Assembly (NCBI RefSeq): GCF_964355755.1
Contig: NC_092679.1
Location: forward strand, 20,319,432 to 20,383,431
Length of the DNA stretch: 64,000 bases
Direction of reading: 5' to 3'
Source of the DNA: Antedon mediterranea
Taxonomy: Eukaryota > Animalia > Echinodermata
The notes below the pieces were generated by a model. That model was not told the DNA's origin and made no database searches. It was given only the letters and a program-made list of their open reading frames with translations. Position numbers and translations under genes: made by a program. This document shows, in pieces, positions 1-11,800 of this stretch. The stretch's first letter is position 1; the number at the start of each line of letters is the position of its first letter.

Positions 1-960
1 ACGTCATGTTTGTTTACTTCTGGACGGGTAATTCCCCTCTTCAATACTGGTACGGTAGCTGATTTCACAAACTGTGTTACCGAAGCGGAGTTGCTGTTCT
101 TACTATTAGCAACTGGGCCGGTATTGGTTGCTACTACGTTAGAAAACAGTTTGTTACTTACAGTGTTTGTAATAGGTTGCAAATCACGATCAGCTAACTT
201 TTTGTGGGAATCCATAACATCCCTCACTTGTTGAGCAAGCTTACATCGCTGGTTAGTAGCGTAGGCTATGTCGGCCTTAACACAATGGAATTCTGTCCTC
301 AACCTTTGTAGTTCTCTGAAAATCAATGGGGCATCAATAGCATCCACAGGCACAACCGGTATTTTATTAAGGTTTGCTGCAGCAAAAATAGGCAATTTAG
401 ACAGGTCACATTGGATGAGATAGCCCAACACATCATTTAGTATACCATCAGCTTTGCGTCGAGGTTTAGGAATCGCATTTTCAGGATCACCTACACAGAC
501 GCATAACATCTCCTTGGCCTTCTTTATGTCATCATTTGGAAAATTGGCCATACAGATAGCATGTAACCGATCAAATGTCATACTACCCATGTTATTGACT
601 ACAAAGCACAGAAGTTCATTAATCAATAGTAATACATCATTTGGACCTTTTCCAGTGGAATCATGATGATCAAATTGGGTGTCATCATCTTCATCAGCAC
701 CACCATGATTAGCAATCGAGTTATCATCATGATCGCCATGTAATTGTCTTCGGTTCCAGCTAGCCCCCTTTCAGATGACGCCATCACTACGCGCCAATTT
801 CAAGGGGACGCTACCGGTCAAAACAATGGGCTCACACAGGTTGGACAAAAGGTGATCCCAATGACAGTTCGTGCTAGCTTTTAATGACACAGATACTGAT
901 AAAAAACATCAATCTTAACAGAATATCTTCACCGATCTTGAAATTTCATACTAGTAGTAC
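1..960 (-). mobile_element. 5' end (5'UTR + ORF1) of a non-LTR retrotransposon (CR1/L2-group-like ORF1); runs off the window start
   Basis: Minus-strand frame open from ~770 to position 1: ...LLINELLCFVVNNMGSMTFDRLHAICMANFPNDDIKKAKEMLC...DLSKLPIFAAANLNKIPVV...IDAPLIFRELQRLRTEF... The NELLCF / AK-LL / LP-F-A-NL-KIP pattern followed by a coiled coil is typical of invertebrate LINE ORF1 proteins. An upstream ATG at 784 is in a different frame (possible frameshift). The 5' boundary is approximate. Confidence 0.7.
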
Positions 961-1584
961 ATTACCCAAATATATAGGCCTACTAAATTTTCAAAATCCT
1001 GTTAGATTTGTATCAAAAATCGGGAAAATACACCCGATTCTGTAGCTGTTAGTACACTCAGTGTGTCAGTCTACTATATTCTATGACACGTATGACGTAT
1101 TGTATGTAATTTTGGAAAATACAGTATCTAAGACTAAAGTATAGATTTTGCGTGAATATACCCAGTGGCGCATCAGGACCAATGCCTAAAAAGTGCGTAA
1201 CCCAAAATAATTGTATTCTTGCGTGCTCAGAAATCGATTGAAACGACATATAAATTACTCAAAGAGCCGTGGAAAGTATTTCATTTTTATACGTCCCCCA
1301 CTGCTGCCACGGATCTGCGCCGATGACACCCTGTTTTTAGCACACAAGTGCCCCTCACCTTCTACACAGATTATTTCATGTGACGTAAGTATGGTTCACT
1401 ACTATTACTGTAGGCCTTGTCTCTAATATGATGTATATAATTATTCTAGTGTCCATTCTGTTGTAATGCGTTGTGTTATTCTGACGCTTTCTATTCTTAT
1501 AGACTTATAGGAATACCATACCATACATGAACCTGCATTTAAAACCAACAATTCATAACGAGTTTTGTTATTCAAGTTTGCAAA

Positions 1585-1927
1585 GCTACCTCGAATAGTG
1601 GACGCGGTACTTTCATCTGAAGTAATGAATGGATCAAAAGGGGTTGATCATTTCAAATCAGATGTATACTCTTTAGGAATAGTCTTATGGGAATTGTATC
1701 ACCAGAGGAAGCCCTATGAGGATCTGAATGTGCCAAGTATCATTCAGCACGTGGTTAACGATGGTCATCCAGTAATTGATGCTGAATGTGACGTACGGTT
1801 ACGTGATGTGATGCTAAAATGCTGGAATTACCAACCCGACCAGAGACCAAATGCGGAGCAGATTCTGACGTCACTAATTAACAAAACGAAAGATAGTTCA
1901 AAGGAAAAAGAGAAACATATACATAAA
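1585..1927 (+). pseudogene. Truncated, frameshifted TKL kinase exon (C-lobe only), paralogue of 15093-15914
   Basis: Near-identical to 15540-15914 (EVMNGS.GVDHFKSDVYSLGIVLWELYHQR...CWNYQPDQRP). It lacks the N-lobe/HRD/DFG and has an 11-bp deletion (ggatgtctcct) removing WMSP. It keeps the same donor, CATAAA|gtaag, at 1927. Confidence 0.85.
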
Positions 1928-2256
1928 GTAAGGATAGTAGTTGTTTTCTTTATTTAAGGTATAGAAGACGGTACGTCAAAATCTTAACGAATTGAACATG
2001 CATTATCCATATCTTAAGGAAATATTCTTGTCACTAGTTCGGTGTATTAGTCTAAGTTTAATCTGTACATAATCTGATCTATTTTTATTACTTTTGATTT
2101 ACTTTTGTAATTTATTGTCGTTTTAAAGTGTCTTCTTCTTCTTGGGCTCGTTTGACACTTGTGCCACTGTTTTTCGCAAAATACATCATTCGAGTCAATT
2201 TAATCACTTGGTTTTTCTTAATGGTAATATTCTTATCTTTTTTTTCTTATTGATGA

Positions 2257-5200
2257 ATGTTATGTTTACACGAAAATGAGCAGATCGAATTTCAACAATT
2301 GTTAACAAACCTCAGCAAAGACTATTTTGGTACAAAATGCCGTTGGTTAAAAATGCTTCTACATGATGTATATAGTGGAGAGTTAGAAGTTACCACTTCA
2401 GGAATTGACTTATTCAATGAACTTGTTGACATTGGAAAGATTTCAATTACTGATGTGACCCTTTTGTCAGAGGTTACTGAAACCACCGAACAGACATCGG
2501 CAAAAGATCGTATAGCCGAATATAAAAGGACTGTACAATGCAGTGAAACATTAGGAACAAGATTAACACCATATCGGAAGGCACTTTTTGAAGCCCTTAG
2601 GAATGTTGGGCCTAATGATTTACATACGGTTATTGGTTTTTACAATGTTAAATCCCATAAATTTGACAATATATGGGATGTTGTTTTCCACCTTGAGCAA
2701 CAGCAACTCTTAGAAGATACCAAAGAAAAGTGCAAACGGTTTGCAGATCTACTAAACAAAAAGACAGGAAGTACATTACTAGGTAAACACTCTTACTTGA
2801 TTAAAATATATTAATTGAAAGAATTTGTGTAGCCCCTTTCTCTCCTATATGGTCAGGGTAAAAAATATTGCCCAGAGTTAAATTTTCTGACACAAATGGT
2901 AATTTAAATCATCTGTCATATTTTTCCACAGCATCTCTCAAAACGTTGAAGTTAAGGTAAGAAAACGAACTTTAATATAATACTATATGATGTCTTTTCA
3001 GAAAATATGTTTGACATAAACAAATGTTTGTGTAATGTTTGATGGTTAAATCATGGAAGAGTATGATTTCACTCTTCCCTGGTTAAATACGGATGAAATG
3101 CATATGGGAAAACTCATCCAAGCGTGGCATGGGACATAGGTCATCAATCTTGAGTTTAGAAAGCTTACAGGTCCTTAATTACACATTTTCTTCAATAATT
3201 CAAATCTAATCGATACTTTGCAAATTTAGAGATGCAACCACGCATTTACTACTTCAACTAAACTTGGATACACAATCTGAACCAGACCGGACACCAAGCA
3301 TGAATCAAACGTCACTTGAAAACGAAATTGAAACAAATCAACAAAAGCAACGAGTGAACACAGTAAGGATAGTATGAACTGAGTCTTGTATTTAAGGCAT
3401 AGAAAGTCAAAATCATAGTCACTCAATCATTCATTTATTGGGGTTGTTTTATCATGTTTCTTCATCCAAACAATAAATATTATTATTATTATTTATGTTT
3501 TCCTAGATTCCACAATTGTTTGCCGCATGTTTTGTAATCGTAGTAGCGTTGTGTGCCGCCTATTCATTACAACTTGACAAAAGCAAATCATTTTCACAAG
3601 CTGTTATAGAATTTGAAGAAAACCCAGTTGCAGGAACAACAGAGCCAGTAAGTTACCTTTAAACTGTTGTATGCTAATAGACCTACTTGTACAAACGATT
3701 ATAATTAATTTAGCATTGTTTATGGTATACTTATTTCGTGTTTATAATAATATTACAGGTGGTATATGGTCAAGAAATGTCAGGTAAGTGGAAGTATTAT
3801 TCAACCACTGGTGATAAAACACATGAAACATATGCTATCGGTCGAAAGGTTATTACATAAAATTATGATACAAGCTATAATAGGTATCCTAGACGGCTAT
3901 TTCTAAATACGTTTTTGCTTTATGTCAGCCTCTACGAAAACGTCAATATTTTCGAAAAGATGAAAATGAAAAAATATAGGTCGAAATATTTAATATTTTT
4001 TTTAGTTTGATTAATATTATTGTAATATATAACATTATAAGAATTTAATTTAAATTGTATTTATATCTGACAATTGAATGTACGATTTTTGTTTTATTTC
4101 TAGGTCCTTCACAGTCAAACATGTTCGAAACATTTATCTGTGGTAATGGAACTAATATAACATTGCCTGCATATCCACAATACTTTAAATGCAACCAGTA
4201 CATTAACTGGACATTCACTACTTACACTGGAAGTTTGCTCTCTGTAAAATTATACGATTTCTATCTAGAGGGTCGCTTTGATTATGTTAATATTTACAGT
4301 GACGGAAACATTATTGGCAAGTTTACTGGGTACGATCGGTTCCTAGTTAACCCCGCAGCAAGTCTCCCATCAGACCTGATCATATCTAGTAATAACAAAA
4401 TAGCGATTTATTCCAAAGGATTTAAGGCCGAGGTATCTGTATACCCTGAAGCCCCAGGTAGGTATAGAGTCATGGAATTATATTTGTTTAGAGTGCACAA
4501 CGTCAACAAGGTTTCCAAAAACTGACATCCGACCGCCGGTGTCACAGATATTTTGTTCCGTTCCGTACCCTCAAACCGTCATCATCTACAGTAGTATCGT
4601 GATCTTAGATATCTAATTCTTAAAGAATAATTCGAACGAAGGCCTACATCTCTTGTGGTTTTAAATCCATATCTAAAAACCTTTATTTTATCTTAAGTGA
4701 AAGTAACAGGTAACATTAAGTGTGTACCAATAACAGACCAACAAAATATAAATGAAAGATATGTTAAAATCTTAACTTTTGAAAGATAAGAATATACAAG
4801 AGTATTTTATAAAGATACGTTTGTGCGTATGTGGGAGAATGTGTCACTTATTAATGCTTTAATATCTGCATGAACTTTTTTTAAAAATTCTCTAGCGGGT
4901 TTTTGTTGTAACTTTAAGCATGGAATGTTGCCTTCTGGCTGGACGCATGATCGTAACGCCAATTGGGAGATATCCTATAAAAGGTATTATAAAAAAAGAA
5001 ACAATGACAATGTCGATCTAGGAAGCCGTTACTCAAGATCAGGTAAATAATTTTTTATTCATATATTGAAAATCAATTCAATCAGTGACGACTCGTAAAC
5101 TGAACATACGTAAATATGTAGGCCTAATATAATTGTTTTGAGATGTTGAAAATACCTACTTTATAATTTCAGATGATTATTACATTTCTGTTGCAATAAA

Positions 5201-5606
5201 TTACGGTGACAGTGGAACCAGAAAAGAGGGTTATATTAATAGTCCAAACATACCAAGCAGATGGGATGAAGCATGTCTTAGATTTTATTACTATATTAGT
5301 GACGGAAATCCAGATCTACGAATTACTGTAGATTATTTTAAGCACCCTTATAATGCAAAGAACGTGTTCAGCGAACATGTTAGTTACAGTCAAAGATGGA
5401 AATCTGCAAGTGTTAATATCAGCATGGAGAAATCAGTTCTCCATGCTATCAGCAATGTCGGTTTAAACTGGGAAGAGTTCCTCCCTTATTTAAATACGTC
5501 CTACTTGATTATTGGTGGAGTAGCATCTGGTGACGATACAGCGATAGTTGCTATTGATGATATTTATCTTAGTGAGGGTGCTTGCCTTGATCATACAGCT
5601 CAGTAA
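2257..5606 (+). CDS. Unit 1: tandem DED - linker - TM - CUB - MAM type II membrane protein (~594 aa from ATG 2257)
   Basis: Phase-consistent exons 2257-2782 (DED-DED), 2932-2956, 3230-3362, 3507-3647 (hydrophobic LFAACFVIVVALCAAY), 3759-3783, 4104-4457 (CUB: YPQYF.CNQ...W...DFYLE..FDYV.IY...GKFTG...GF.A), 4896-5042 and 5173-5606 (MAM: C.F...GW...W, L/INSP, C.F.Y, VAIDDI..S.G.C). Total 1785 nt, no internal stops. The start is uncertain because the DED-exon acceptor is mutated (tttacac at 2265-2271). Confidence 0.75.
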
Positions 5607-6654
5607 ATATGGATTTATGATAAAACGAACAAGTGTGAAAAGATTATAGATGCAATAGTATATTTTAGATCTGCAAACGTATACCCAGTGTAGTTGATAC
5701 AGTATTGGTTTTATAACTAAATGCCGACGCCTGAAAACAGTTCTTAATAATTTTTGGACTTTTGTTTCTCTTTCGTGGGGACGACCCACTTTTATTTCGT
5801 TTGAAACTTTCAGTAACATATAAAATGACAAATTTATTTTTTAAAATACGGTTTAAAATATCTACAAAATAAATAAAATGTTCATTACAGTTTTTACAGT
5901 AAGAGAACTTAAAAACAAGCTTACGTATACTGTAGATATTAAGATGTATAATTAAATAATAATATTGTTAATTTTTTTTTAGCTTTATTTAGATTACAGA
6001 ACTTGATAAGAAAATGGATGTACGATAGCAACGTTTAGTATAATCTATTCATTTTTGGTTTATTACAGCAACAATATTAACATATCTTTCATTTATATTT
6101 TGTTGTTGTTTGACGCTACACAGTTCCAAACTAATCAACGCAGATCTAAAACTCATATCTATTATCAGGTAGACTCCCATGAATTTGAACAATGATTGAA
6201 TAGTAAATACCAGTACTAATACATAGTTTAAAATATCATATTCATACAACAATTTTTTTTATCTGCATTTATTTACTTTTTTATTAGAAAATAAAATGCA
6301 TTACTATTTTGTATTAGGTTACACAATTATTTACCTTTATCTTATATTACTATTAACATTAGGCTACGGAAATCTGTTTTTGTAATTGTTTCAATCCATA
6401 ATGTTTCAATTATAGTTTTTCCAAGGCAACAATTTATATAGTCCTATATTGATATAGGCCTATTTGCCTAAATTTATTTATTAATTTCATAGACTTCGTT
6501 TTCATTATTTTATTAGAATATATAATTAAATTGATAACAGAGGTACGGCTGCACTCGATACAAGTGTTTTCAACTTTCTTAATCCTTGCAAAAATACGTT
6601 TGCGCGTTTTGATGTTGAGACACCTTTATTGTCGTTATTTACTGCGCTACTCTA

Positions 6655-7430
6655 CAAAGTACGCTCTCTCTTTATACGATGAAGGAATTAGCCTAAACGA
6701 ACCAGCAGTCAGAATCAAAACCATTCATATTATAATTTGTTTGTTTTTTTATTACTGGAATTTCCTTTTGTGAATGAAATCGATTGAAATTAACTGATGC
6801 ATAGCATTACAGTGGTAAACATTTTTTGTGTTTAAAATGGTGGCCTAAGTACAATAAATCGTGGTTACAGTACTATTTTACAGTGGATCTGATATGCCAC
6901 TATAATCCTCCTCTATCAAGTGATGTTACTAGACCTAGTTTATCTTACCATCGACGTAGGCCTATCAGTGTAATTACAATACCTCGGCGAACGTCTTAAT
7001 CATAGGCTATAGATAGGATTGTTTTGGATTCAGAGTGCTATATAATCGTGAAATAGAAAGACGATCAATAGAAAGTGGGTGAATCACAAAAGAAAACCGA
7101 AAATATCAATATGCGCGCAATGCATGTTGGGATTTATAGCGTGCCGACTTATTTTTCACATTTTAAACTGTTTAAAGTTATTGCAATATGACCATATATT
7201 ATTTATTTTTACATTAAATGTAGTTTGTGACCTTAAATTAGATATAAAAAATGTAGGGAATGGGACTTTAATAAGTTGAATTTTTATACTCTGGAATTTA
7301 CCTTTGTATGAATTGTGTACATAACACTCTCAGTGGATTATGGGTAATATCATTGTTGTGTTGAATAATGACTTCCTCGTAATCACATCGACACGTAGGC
7401 CTTGTAAAACATGGTAAGTACAACGTATTT
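6655..7430 (+). promoter_or_regulatory. Duplicated upstream/promoter block and ATG-terminated first exon of unit 2
   Basis: 6655-7000 is homologous to 14090-14480 and 22590-22940. 7290-7430 is nearly identical to 19185-19325. kB-like GGAATTTCC at 6757-6765. AAAACATG|gtaagt donor at 7411-7413. Confidence 0.55.
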
Positions 7431-8809
7431 TAAATCATATAAGCTTAGGAAATTAGAAATTAAAGTACCATCCTAAAACAAACTCTATATGATCTAGATA
7501 TCTGAGATGACATATATCCTGCTTCAAATAAGCTTCGACTAGGTTTTAGTCTATCTTTTAAACCGACGACAGTAAAAGTAGGCCTATAAATTATATTGTG
7601 CGTCTACGGATAGAATAATGTTTAGCTCAAAATGAAAAGTTTGGATGGGTATTCTAATTATAACTTTTGTATCTGCTAACCATTTAAATATTGTATCATT
7701 GCTTATTCTCTGACTATTAGTCAAGGAGCCCATGGAGATTTGTTGAGCACTACGACCATACCAACACCTCGACCTTTTGTTAGGAGTAGACGCTCAATTG
7801 TTAAGCTATCCGTTGGTACCATTTTGAAATACATAATACTGTAGTAGTGTGGCTTTACCAGCATCTACTTGTTTTTGGATGGTGACACCTGTTGTACAAT
7901 GTTGTCACAATTTTACAAATGCAGCACAGTGGATAAACATGTGAACAGCGAAATGAGAATGTTACAATTCTGTGGTTCGTCAAAATAGAGAATGCTGATT
8001 GAACCAATAAATTGAGTACTTGACTATAAGGTAGACGTGTTAATGTTTATATTTCACTTCGTGAGCATTCTTGTGTGACATGTTTTGAGACTTCTTTCCT
8101 GTCTTCCAGCAGATATAATAATAGATCTAAAAAAAGATCAAAGACATTATTCCTAATCCGGTCCATTACAAACAAAAATATCAAGACCAAAATCAAATAT
8201 CTACAGTGTATGATTACCAACTAATTCGTTACTAAAAATAAAATAGAATTCCATGGGCATGGAGGGTACGTCACTTGTAAACCGTAGTAGCGTACAGTAT
8301 GTCCCGAGCATTGTATCAGTAAAGCACTATCGTTCCAACTAAATAATAATTGTATCTAGACGTAATGTCCCCGGAACCACCGGTACGTGGCGCTGTACAC
8401 GACTAAAGCTTTAACGGGTAATGCATCCTCTCACCACCAGAATCCTTCATCAACAACAGTCATCCTCCAAGCACAGGAGGAACATAACACAAAATTATGT
8501 GCAACATCAAAGCAGTACACCAGTACATTGTAATCCCTTCACCATGCCTTTTAATATTTTTGAATTTTTTATTGATACAGTTTTTATAATTTACAGGATA
8601 TAGATGGATGTAAATAGTATCACATTTAAGAAGTTTCTGACAATACTCAGCGTAGCTTTACAGAAAAGATGAATATCAGAAAAAAATGAATATTTATGCA
8701 AACCATTTCCATACGCTTATATCATTCAAGTTTCAATACATCTTTGCGTACGATTGGTGACGTGAAATAATGTTCAAGCATCCTTGCAAACAAAATACGT
8801 TTAAGTGAA

Positions 8810-11800
8810 ATGGCAAGATATGATGACAATATCATGTTTAGTACCTTGAAATCTAATTTCAGTAAATGTTATGATTTTCAATCAAACTACAAATGGTTGA
8901 GATTCTGTTTATTTGACTATCTACCTATAGGTGACCTCACTTCAAAATCAACAAGTCAGTTACTAAATTGTCTTGACAATATAGGGGTTATTGCACCTGA
9001 TGATGTTCATCTATTATCAGAAATTGCTGAGCTTTCACGTTTGAAAAAAGCAAAAGTCATTGTAAATGAGTATATGAAGGGAAGTGGTCAAAAAAAGTCG
9101 GAAAGAAAATTGTCGGAATACAGGAAACAACTGTTTGAGGCATCACGAAACGTCGACGAAAAAGATGAGTTAAGTAGAATTATTTCTCACTATGGTTTGA
9201 GTGATGACGAATTCTCAACTATTTGGGATGTTGTATTTTATCTGGAGAAACAAAAACTTTTACAAGATAGGCCAGACGAAATATCGAGGTTTTCAGATTG
9301 TCTTAATCAAACCGCAAAGAATTATCTACTTGGAATTTGTATGTATTTTTCTTTGTTTTTTTAACAAGTATTCTAATACGTTAAAGTTAATTTCTAGATT
9401 AACGGTATAAACTAAAATTAGGCCTATGTATTGTGTTGAAAAACTAGATGTGTACTGTAAAGTTATATCTATGTTTTATTAAAGCCACTGAAGTACAGTT
9501 TTCTTTAAGAGAACGAACAACTGAAGATTCTGACGAACATAAACTGATTTTATCTACCTGTAATGACAAAGGAGAAATAATTGCATATTACCTCTATTTT
9601 CGTGGTTGCATTAAAGAGGTAACGATCACAGAAGGATCTATAGTATTCCATGTAACTTTAGTTGATCCCAGTGCCCTTGAAAAACTATGGAAGCTTCATC
9701 AAAGTGGGCAGCTTCTGAAAGATATAGCAGAAATACTTTTTACAGAGAAACGTCGAAAAGAGTTTGAACAGACTTGGGAGACACAGTTTGACCATCAAAT
9801 ATACAACGATGCTCTTAATAAGTTAAACGGAAAAGGTGAGGAATAAGTTAATTTATACCTGGATAATCTAAAAAAGGGATAAATTTACCAGGCCATAGAG
9901 GCCAAACTCCTGAAATGCTTTATGTAGGTATTATTGTATCCGTGATTACCGTTAGCCCATTATTAATTACCTAATTGGCATAAATTCAACTGCTATTTGA
10001 AAATGTTTACCTTAATTACACCAAACAATCTAGTAGCTTGTAATAAACAATGACACATTTGATTTGTTGTTTACACCACCACCACCATATAAAATATGGT
10101 TATCTCTTGAGACCATTAGCTATTATATTTTAAATAAGATTGTATCTAAATTGATATTTTAGAATTTAGCACATTTGTCAGATGTCACGAATTAATTTTG
10201 ATCTTATATATATATATATATATATCTCCTCTTGCTTCTTTTCTCGATCCAGAACAAAGACCAAATGTGGTGCAGAAACTAAAAACAGTTGTTCGTCGTA
10301 GAGCCAGGAAAAACGAGAATACAGTAAGGATAGTATGAACTTTTCTTGTACTGTAGACTTCACGAAGCTAAATCTTACAGTCCAAAGTGAAACAATTTCT
10401 AATGAATAATTATTGTTTCTTAATAACGTATTAATAGGTGTAAAACAATAATGATTCTTGTCTATTATTTTTCTGCACATGTTTATATTGTAGACTTTCA
10501 ATTATATTATAGTTATGTTTTTTCTATAACTGGTAAAGTATGGCAGAGGCAGCTGCGTACAACTTTCTAAAACCTAAGCTTGAAGATGGGTGCTGTGGTA
10601 TTTACAACTATATATTTTACGCGTACATTTATTACCGTGACACACTGTGCATCTGTATTATATTTCTCATATTGATATAAATACTTATTGATAACTTTTA
10701 TATTGACAGGATAAAGATCAAATCAAATGTCAACAGTTTCTATCAGACCTCAGCAAAGACTATGGTGGTGTAAAGTATCTTTGGTTAAGAATGCTATTAC
10801 ATAATAGTATACCCATTCAATGTTTAGAAGATAGCAAAACAGGACTTGAGTTATTCAATGAACTTGTTAAACTTGGAAAGATTTCAAATACTGATGTCAC
10901 CCTCTTGTCCGAGGTTGCTGAAACCACCGAACAGACATCGGCAAAAAAGCGTATAGCCAAATATAAGAAGAAAATACAATGCAGTGAAACAGGAACAAGA
11001 TTAACACCATATCGAAAGGCACTTTTTGAAGCCCTCAGGAATGTTGGGCGTGATGGTTTACATGATGTTATCAATTTCTACAAACTGATAGATCGTAACT
11101 ATGACAACATATGGGATGTTGTTTTCCACCTTGAGCAACAGGAACTTTTAGATGATACCCAGGAAAAGTGCAAACTGTTTGCAGATTTACTAAACAAGAA
11201 AGCACAAAATATTTTACTAAGTAAGTCAGACTTAATCTTATTTGATCAAATGTAATTATACTACTGTACTCTAGTACATTTTTAGTTTCAAATTGGATAA
11301 TTTTCCAATGAGTGTAAAAAATATTCGTTGCCATTGTTTGAAAACATGCCTCTACAGAGTTGAACTTGGTGAAATATTTAATTCGATTCTTTAACATTCT
11401 CGTATGGAAAACGGATAACTCGACCTTGTCTTTTTTTTTCACAGATGCTGTCAATAATAGGTAAGAAAATGGCTAAAAATAACGTTTAAAAAAAAGAATC
11501 AGGTTGGGATTGCCTTATCCAAGTATGACTTGTTGCGTTAAGAATATATACAGTAGCTTGGTTATAGTCCTAAATTATTAAAAATATGACTAAACTTTCT
11601 TAATTTAGAGAAGCAGTACCTCTTCAGAAGAGAATAATTCAGAAAATGAAAAGCAAACAAATATTTACAGTAAGGATATTATAAACTAAGTTTAAGTCTT
11701 ATATACTTGTTGTTTTCATCTTTTAACTGTTTTTTCGACCATAATTATATAATGGACACTGCCATAATATGTGAATAACCCTACCGCTGTTTATATCGCA

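Noticed and set aside
10-666. Plus-strand ORFs 10-234 and 454-666
   Set aside because: Antisense shadows of the minus-strand LINE ORF1.
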